From Phoronis australis (Eukaryota; Animalia; Phoronida): DNA of 64,000 nucleotides. A program made the position numbers and the translations under genes. The stretch spans positions 147,007 through 211,006 of the forward strand of contig NMRA01000635.1 of assembly GCA_002633005.1 (NCBI GenBank), in the 5' to 3' direction. Of this stretch, positions 51,801 to 60,800 are shown piece by piece. The notes below the pieces were generated by a model that made no database searches, was not told the origin of the DNA, and saw only the letters and a program-made list of their open reading frames with translations. Numbering within the stretch: position 1 is the stretch's first letter; each line of letters opens with the position of its first letter.

Positions 51801-54800
51801 NNNNNNNNNNNNNNNNNNNNNNNNNNNNNNNNNNNNNNNNNNNNNNNNNNNNNNNNNNNNNNNNNNNNNNNNNNNNNNNNNNNNNNNNNNNNNNNNNNNN
51901 NNNNNNNNNNNNNNNNNNNNNNNNNNNNNNNNNNNNNNNNNNNNNNNNNNNNNNNNNNNNNNNNNNNNNNNNNNNNNNNNNNNNNNNNNNNNNNNNNNNN
52001 NNNNNNNNNNNNNNNNNNNNNNNNNNNNNNNNNNNNNNNNNNNNNNNNNNNNNNNNNNNNNNNNNNNNNNNNNNNNNNNNNNNNNNNNNNNNNNNNNNNN
52101 NNNNNNNNNNNNNNNNNNNNNNNNNNNNNNNNNNNNNNNNNNNNNNNNNNNNNNNNNNNNNNNNNNNNNNNNNNNNNNNNNNNNNNNNNNNNNNNNNNNN
52201 NNNNNNNNNNNNNNNNNNNNNNNNNNNNNNNNNNNNNNNNNNNNNNNNNNNNNNNNNNNNNNNNNNNNNNNNNNNNNNNNNNNNNNNNNNNNNNNNNNNN
52301 NNNNNNNNNNNNNNNNNNNNNNNNNNNNNNNNNNNNNNNNNNNNNNNNNNNNNNNNNNNNNNNNNNNNNNNNNNNNNNNNNNNNNNNNNNNNNNNNNNNN
52401 NNNNNNNNNNNNNNNNNNNNNNNNNNNNNNNNNNNNNNNNNNNNNNNNNNNNNNNNNNNNNNNNNNNNNNNNNNNNNNNNNNNNNNNNNNNNNNNNNNNN
52501 NNNNNNNNNNNNNNNNNNNNNNNNNNNNNNNNNNNNNNNNNNNNNNNNNNNNNNNNNNNNNNNNNNNNNNNNNNNNNNNNNNNNNNNNNNNNNNNNNNNN
52601 NNNNNNNNNNNNNNNNNNNNNNNNNNNNNNNNNNNNNNNNNNNNNNNNNNNNNNNNNNNNNNNNNNNNNNNNNNNNNNNNNNNNNNNNNNNNNNNNNNNN
52701 NNNNNNNNNNNNNNNNNNNNNNNNNNNNNNNNNNNNNNNNNNNNNNNNNNNNNNNNNNNNNNNACTGGGTGTCGAACTGGGCCTGTAATCACTCCCACTA
52801 CTCAATATCGCTGCAGGGCTGCTTAGAGGCTCTGGGCTGGAGAAAACAGCACAGGGCGAATCACTACTGGTTCCAGGAATTGCACGCTCTGGGGTACGTT
52901 CGGAGGCACGGGTGACAGTAGATGAAGTGCCTCCACTGGCTCCAGTCACTGTACTGGCCACAGCTCGCGAGGCTTCTCGCTTCAAAAACGCACTTCTCGG
53001 GGGTGGCGACGGGGCACTGCCGGGAATCAACACAGACGGAATGGCATCCTTCTTCAAGCGTTGTTTCGCAGGGATCTTCATCAGTTCAGCATACAAATCC
53101 CTTTCGTAATCGGACGGCAGAAAGTGCTTGCCACACACACGGTAATTCTCCACTGCTTTGTACGTTGCGTGGACGGGTAACGCTGCGTTCTTCACACGAA
53201 TGAGCCAAGTACGGCGAAGTGTGTCATCCATCTGAAAGCGATGCACAGGTACTCCCAAAGCGCGCGTGAGCCGATAATTACTACATCCCGGTACGCAGCA
53301 ACAGTGTGGCATGTTGACTGACTAGTAAATGAAAGCGAACGACGACGGAACTTAACACAATCGAGGTAGAACAATGACTGACTTGGCAGCTCTCACAGTC
53401 AGACTATGTGAAAAGAATTTGGCAGGAAGCGCTTGCCTCCTAAAACGTCACTTCCGGAAAAGCGGACGAATAATTAATAAAATTACGAAAAGCTGTAATT
53501 AAGTGAAAAATATGTCTAGGATAACCAACCAACCTTATTTTAGCTCAAAATGACATGGAAAAAGGTTGCCTTCGCCTTTAAGTAAAATATGAGAAATGGT
53601 TGTTGTCGTCAGTGTTGTGGAAACTTGTTTGTAAAGTGTAAAATTTTAATTTTGGTTTTATAAGTAGACTTTTTCACTAATAATTTCCACAAACACTGTG
53701 ACTTCACCTGAGGTTTGAGTACTTAATAAAGCTTATCCACACTCATTCATACAAGTCAAAGAAATTGTTGAGAACATGTGTTGTGACCTGAAATTCTTAT
53801 ACTGAGAAAATAACTTGTTTTTGTAGGAGAGTTCACCTCTGAAAGGAGGGCGGGGTCATGCTAGCCTGGTACTCAAGTGTCAACTGTGTTCAAGGGAAAA
53901 TTCAATAGGTTGTTGGTTGATTTTATGGAAATGTTGCTAGGATACAATATTCTGATATTTGTATGTTGATAAACAACTTTCACAACATGATACAGTTGTG
54001 TGTTATTTGTATGTTTAACAACTTTCCCAATAAACATAGTTTTCTTGAGGCATGAGCTAAAAGGTATGATTACAGACAGTGAGTGCTGCAAATATAATTT
54101 CTGTGTCACACTGGCCTTTATCCAGGATTTCGAAAATAGGGTGTCCAAAATGGGGTTCCCAATATTCCAGGGCGTCCATGACTCCGATGCCTAACCCCCC
54201 ACCCCCAGCAATCCCCCCAAATACACAGATTTTTTTACAAAAAATGCATAGACCAAGGTTCTTACATCTAATAAACAGCCTTCTGTAGTGATCATTTTTA
54301 CTAAAAAAATGTATACCAAGACTTTTACAATGCTGTCAACCAGGGCCCAGTTGCATAAAAGTTATACGCCGAATAACAACAATGACGTCGCATTATCACG
54401 CTTCACGTTGTTATTGTTGAACAATGCACCAGACGTCACGCAACAATCAAACTTATCCAGCGGATAACATTTGAAGCTTTATGCAACCCAGCCCAGGTGT
54501 GCATATTTCTTCCTGCTTTGAAAAAAGAGCCCCCATTGTGAGCCTTCAGAGGCTTCCTAGTATTCATTACAATGTGTGAGTCCAAACTTGAAAGGTTCCT
54601 ATTGACAGTGAGCGTCCAAATGATACTTTGGGCGTCCTTGCCAGGGCTTCCAGATTAGTGCTGCATAAAGGCCTGGTGACAGATTCTCGGGTGTTTATTG
54701 AAACANGCATAGACCAAGGTTCTTACATCTAATAAACAGCCTTCTGTAGTGAGCATTTTTACTAAAAAAATGTATACCAAGACTTTTACAATGCTATCAA

Positions 54801-57800
54801 CCAGGTGTGCATATTTCTTCCTGCTTTGAAAAAAGAGCCCCCATTGCGAGCCTTCAGAGGCTTCCTAGTATTCATTACAATGTGTGAGTCCAAACTTGAA
54901 AGGTTCCTATTGACAGTGAGCGTCTAAATGATACTTTGGGCGTCCTTGCCAGGGCTTCCAGATTAGTGCTGCATAAAGGCCTGGTGACAGATTCTCGGGT
55001 GTTTATTGAAACAATTTAGCATTAAAATTTTTTTGCTTTTCAGATATCATGGCTGAGAGTATAAAGCCATACACTGCAGAGCATAGTGAACAGTTGAGCT
55101 GCATGGTGACATTTGATTGTCGTGGTGTGGAACCCACAGATTTCTCACCAAGGGTGAGCTACTATATTATACTTTACAGTTATGTTATAGTTTTGAGCTT
55201 ACTGCACAGTTCTGTTATAGTTTTGAGCTAGTAATATACAGCTAGTAATATACAGTACAGTTCTGTTATCTATAGCTTTGAACTGTAATTATACTGTACA
55301 GTTCTGTTATAGGTTTGAGCTAGTAATATACAGCTAGTAATATACAGCTAGTAATATACAGCTAGTAATATACAGCTAGTAATATACAGCTAGTAATATA
55401 CAGTACAGTTCTGTTATCTATAGCTTTGAACTGTAATTATACTGTACAGTTCTGTTATAGTTTTGAACTGGTATTATATTGTATGGCTGCACCTGAAACT
55501 GCACCTCGTATAGAGTTAGGCTTATGCTCCTAAGTGCAAAACACTTAAAAAACAAGGAGCTAGGTTCAAAATCACGTTTGAGTGAAGCTTTCCTAAGCCA
55601 TTGCAAAGCGATTGATGTTGACTATGGAAAGTACTCAATAGAAAAATGGACAAAAAGATAGAAAGCAAATACCGACTTTTTGAAAAGACATTTATGATTT
55701 TATAGGTATACGGGCCTTAATACATTTGTATATAGTATGGTACATTGTGCAGCACAAGGTGTATATAGTATGGTACATTGTGCAGCACAAGGTGTATATA
55801 GTATGGTGCATTATGCAGTTCAAGGTGTATATAGTATGGTACATTGTGCAGTTCAAGGTGTATATAGTATGGTACATTGTGCAGTTCAAGGTGTATATAG
55901 TATGGTACATTGTGCAGTTCAAGGTGTATATAGTATGGTACATTGTGCAGTTCAAGGTGTATATAGTATGGTACATTGTGCAGTTCAAGGTGTATATAGT
56001 ATGGTACATTGTGCAGTTCAAGGTGTATATAGTATGGTACATTGTGCAGTTCAAGGTGTATATAGTATGGTACATTGTGCAGTTCAAGGTGTATATAGTA
56101 TGGTACATTGTGCAGTTCAAGGTGTATATAGTATGGTACATTGTGCAGTTCAAGGTGTATATAGTATGGTACATTGTGCAGTTCAAGGTGTATATAGTAT
56201 GGTACATTGTGCAGTTCAAGGTGTATATAGTATGGTACATTGTGCAGTTCAAGGTGTATATAGTATGGTACATTGTGCAGCTCAAGGTGTATATAGTATG
56301 GTACATTGTGCAGCTCAAGGTGTATATAGTATGGTACATTGTGCAGCTCAAGGTGTATATAGTATGGTACATTGTGCAGCTCAAGGTGTATATAGTATGG
56401 TACATTGTGCAGCTCAAGGTGTATGTAGTATGGTACATTGTGCAGCACAACGTGTATATAGTACGGTACATTGTGCAGCACAAGGTGTATATAGTACGGT
56501 ACATTGTGCAGCACAAGGTGTATATAGTATGGTACATTGTGCAGCACAAGGTGTATATAGTATGGTACATTGTGCAGCTCAAGGTGTATATAGTATGGTA
56601 CATTGTGCAGCTCAAGGTGTATATAGTACGGTACATTGTGCAGTTCAAGGTGTATGTAGTACGGTACATTGTGCAGTTCAAGGTGTATGTAGTACAGTAC
56701 ATTGTGCAGTTCAAGGTGTATATAGTACGGTACATTGTGCAGTTCAAGGTGTATATAGTACGGTACATTGTGCAGTTCAAGGTGTATATAGTATGGTACA
56801 TTGTGCAGTTCAAGGTGTATATAGTATGGTACATTGTAGAGTACAGTATAAGCCCAAAAGAATCAGACAAAGTACTGTTTCCCCATCATGACAGGTCGCT
56901 ATAGCAACTCACATGGTGAATTTGGCTTAAACTCAGTTGTCATGACAGAGATTCTGGGTAATTTGTTTTGTGTAGTGCAACTGTTATGCCAGGCGACCCC
57001 TACTGACATCTCAACATCTAAAGGCCACTCTGCAATCCTAGATCCTTCAAATAGGCATACAGTAGTAATTGTAATCAGCATATAAACTGCAGTTGTGTGC
57101 TAATAGGTGCCAGTTAGCTGCCAACTCAAACAACTATTTCCACTACAAGATTCACTGCTTTTGAAGCCCAAAGGACATGGTAATGAACTGTCTGCAGACA
57201 GCAACTTGAGAGGCATGGCAACTGTTATGTATGCAATGATGAATGGAATTTCAGGAAGAACCACTGGCGACTCCTTTTGCACTCCTATTTCACATGGCTA
57301 TGAAACGTGTTTGAAAATACCCCTCTATAGACTCTATTCACGCGGCGGACATTAAAATCCAAAACGAGGCTCTTTGCGATAAACAAAGCGGAAATTTACA
57401 TTGCGCGAGTTAAATGGCCGGTCTGTGGAGTCCAACCTGAATATTATATCTTAAAAAATGTGTCAATAATTAACCCCAGAGACGTGGAAAAATACAGTTA
57501 AAGAACAAGTCAATGCACCAAAGAGTTGTCTGACCAAAGGATATAGGATTTTTTTTTGCGGGAAACTAGTAGGTTCGAAACATGAAAAGTAAACATGACC
57601 AAATTGCGGCGATCGTAGTGTTACGGATTAGGTATAATGCTGAATGCAGGGTTACGTTTCTTATGATAAATTCTTGATAAAAATGCTTTCTACATGGACC
57701 AGGTCATCTGGTCGCGCATTATTGACGAGTTTAAGATATATTCGACTGGTGGCTCATAGAATTTTGCTGTCATGTGCAATTAGTCTCAACTGGTTTAATT

Positions 57801-60800
57801 TGTTGATCAAGAGTAGGCCTATTAGCTTCAGGCATAGCCTAGGTCCTGGTGAGTTAGGCACTACCGAGGCTTACAGTTGATTTGTCATTGATCTGAAATA
57901 ATACTTGATGTTATTAAATATATATTTTGATTACGATAAAAAACTAGGCTCGCAATTGAAAATAAAAATTATATGACCTTCAATTCTGCTTTCTTGGTTT
58001 TAATAATTACGTCTATTTCACGTGTTATATTTTTCAAATATCAATCTCGACCAAGTTGAATTTTAAAATTAAAACATCTAATTCTTTCGTCCAAAACATA
58101 TCCTTGTTTTATAGCTCAATTTCAGTTAACTGGACAGAACACAGTGGCGGATTTAGAGGGGAGCCAAGGGGCTATGCCCCAGCCCCCCCCAAAATTCTTC
58201 CAGATTCCATTTGGCAGTTCAGGAGTGCGAATTTCTTATGTGCAAAATCCTGGCTAATACTTTGCCTTGCCCCCCCCCCTAACTCAAAGTCCTGGATCCC
58301 CCCTGGAACAAGCATAGTTATCATGTTTCTTCAGAGGCCTCGTTCATATCCGAGGGGAAATGTGCCTCATGTACTGTGCGGCCTTCTGAGAGGGGAACGT
58401 TTCCCCGAGTGACGGGTCAGTGAAAACTCTACTGACCTCCGGATCACCATCAATAGCACCCCGCCCTTTTGCAAGCTCTCATAGCTCTGTCTCAAGTAGC
58501 ATTTTCAGTGGCTGATCTAGGATACCATATAGGCCTAGTGAGGGGGGGCGACATCCTCGGAGAAGCGGGCAAAGCGCGATTGTATGCACGCAGGCGGCCC
58601 GGAAGTTGCGGGCGCCGAGGATGTATACCTTCTGCTCAGGAAATCTGTCGTTGGGCTAATTTTCAATCACAAAGGGNGGACTAAAAAAAAAACGGAACGT
58701 GTTTTTCCCCCTCGTCCACTACCGGTCCTAGATCGAACTCAGCCAAGTTTCCTCCCGCTTCACGTTTTGCTGGTTTATTTTGCTTGCGGGAGTCAAGGGG
58801 GGGGGACGGGCCCCTGCCCCCTCCTCTTAAATCCGCCTATGATTTTGTACTTTTCAAAGTGTCACCTCTGTGGTCACAGGTAATTTAAACCGTTCGAGAG
58901 AAATTTTCAATCACAAAGGGGATTTTTAGGCCTCGTGGCCGGGAATTTCGCGTGATTTTTCAATACTTTTGAGATGGGAATAGGGCCGATATTTGGCCCC
59001 AAAAATTCAGGGATTGAGGGCCCTGTCCTTTTTGTAAAGAAAAATGCATCGCGCTTCAACCCATAGTCATGAAAACACAGCCTGGCTGGGCCTTCGTTGC
59101 TATAACGGCATCTAGTCCGAGATGCGACAAATTATGATTCGAAAACAGTTATTAATTAATTTTACGCGGACATATTTTCCTTCGTCGCGGCGTATGGCAA
59201 GGACCCAACGCTTTCGAATCCCAACGTCCTTAGGGGTTGTAAAACAGAGTGTCCGTATTTTTTCTACCTGTTCGAGCAACGCGGAGTACATCAACTACGC
59301 GGATAAGCCACCAGAGCTATCGTAGCGAGCCTCGTTTTGGAATGCGCCTCCTGTCGGCGTGAATAGGGTCTATACATCAACCGTTTCTTATAATATTTAA
59401 TTAAAGGTGTCTCACTATGGAGAGGTACCCTGCATCTCACCAGGTGGCAGCAGGAGTCGTTGATGTTACATGACTAGTTGCCATGGCAACTTTGCTTTTG
59501 GTGTACTTCTCCATGATTGTCTGTTGTTCAAAAGTTGTATTGTTAGAGCTGTTTAAAATTATTTTATGACATGATGGTAAATCAAGGCCAGGGGCCTGTT
59601 CCAAGAAACTAACTTAAGTTCATTTTTGATTTAAGTCTAAGATTTGTCCTAAGTTCCAAACTTTGAAACTTCCATAAAGTTAGTCAAAATTAAGACAAAA
59701 TTTAGGTCATACACTTATGTCAAACTTAAGATCTCTTCCTTGAATTGGTTTTGAGACAAATCTAAGTTTTATTTTAAAATTTACTAAAATTTAAGATTTG
59801 TCTTAGCTAAATCAGTTTCGTTGGAACGGGCCCCTGCTCTGAATATTATGACTTCATATTGTTCTTGTAAAGTTATTTTACTGTTGTTCAAGAAGCAAAA
59901 CTTGGAAGTCTCAAGGTAAAAATGTTTCATAATTGGATTTTAAGCCTTTTAAATTACTAAATGCTTTATACTGTTTGACACCCTTCAGGTTGGCTTCGCC
60001 GCTGAAAGTACAGAGTCTTCAACACAGTTTCCAGAAGTGGATTTGACAGAAAAGGTTGGCGTGTTTTGTGTTTTGACTGAATAAAATACTCCGTACTTTC
60101 TTAAGAATTTTGACACACTTTGTCTATCTTCATTAAGGTTATGGCAAATAGAAGGAAATTGGAAGAAAATTTAAGATTAGCCAAAAATTGTTGCTCTGAA
60201 GTTTTGGTAAACATTTAGCTAGTCAGCATGCCTGCTGTGGCCACATCACGTGACCTAATGAATATGAGTCTGAGAAGATTTCTGCCCCAACTGGGATCCA
60301 GAACTCAGGACCTTCTCAGTTCTGCTAACCACACAGCCATGACTACCGATCGCATACAGAAATCCAGACAACGTAGTAGCAGGGCATGTCGCCGTTGAAG
60401 TTTTGTCAATTTTTCAACTAGGAGGTAATAACTTCATATTTTGTCCTGCACTGTCCTCATTTTTATGCGCCCACTTATTTATATGTAGTCGTATATTGCG
60501 GTTATCTCTGTGTGGGCGTAAGTTGTCTGGCATCCGCAGCTGTATCTCCTAAACCCCACACAGGATCTTGATGAGATTTGGCAAATGTGTTCCTATGAAG
60601 CTGACGACGGATGACAACAAATTTCGGACCTCTTCGAGTAGTGGTGTGCCTCCTAGTTGCAATTTTACTTTTTTTACGCTGTATCCTCGGAGGTCCTCAA
60701 CAGATTTTCATAAAATTTGACAGTTAGGTATCTGCCCTTCTATCTACCAAACTGCTTAAGGGATGATTTTGAAAATTGGTATTTATGTTCGTACTATGAA

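Larger units (their letters stand above)
51579..53577 (-). mobile_element. Young Kolobok-type DNA transposon with >=192-bp TIRs and a THAP ORF (interior in assembly gap)
   Basis: TTAA flanks (51575-51578, 53578-53581), AG...CT termini, near-identical TIRs at 51579-51770 and 53386-53577, and a THAP ORF starting at 53312. Confidence 0.88.
57329..59371 (-). mobile_element. ISL2EU-like (PIF/Harbinger-related) non-autonomous element with a THAP remnant and two nested MITEs
   Basis: AT|AGACTCTATTCACGC...CCAAAACGAGGCTC versus GAGCCTCGTTTTGG...GCGTGAATAGGGTCT|AT (AT duplication); THAP-like FTTPKDVGIRKRWVLAIRRDEGK at ~59175-59245. Confidence 0.65.

Noticed and set aside
51654-52798. 342-552-aa ORFs crossing 51771-52763
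   Set aside because: Their length comes from the N gap; only the THAP part (52764-53312) is real sequence.
55692-56904. Long ORFs (276-392 aa) on both strands
   Set aside because: They are translations of a 33-bp minisatellite inside a CZIB intron; the unit length is a multiple of three and several frames lack stops.
58141-58305. RAG/Transib RSS-like terminus (CACAGTG at 58140-58146, 5-bp TSD)
   Set aside because: The heptamer is created by the TSD (GAACA) abutting the CAGTGG end; the paralogue at 46674 lacks it, and there is no nonamer or RAG-like ORF.
60270-60347. tRNA gene
   Set aside because: Only degenerate A/B boxes with no cloverleaf or anticodon arm; kept as a low-confidence SINE head.
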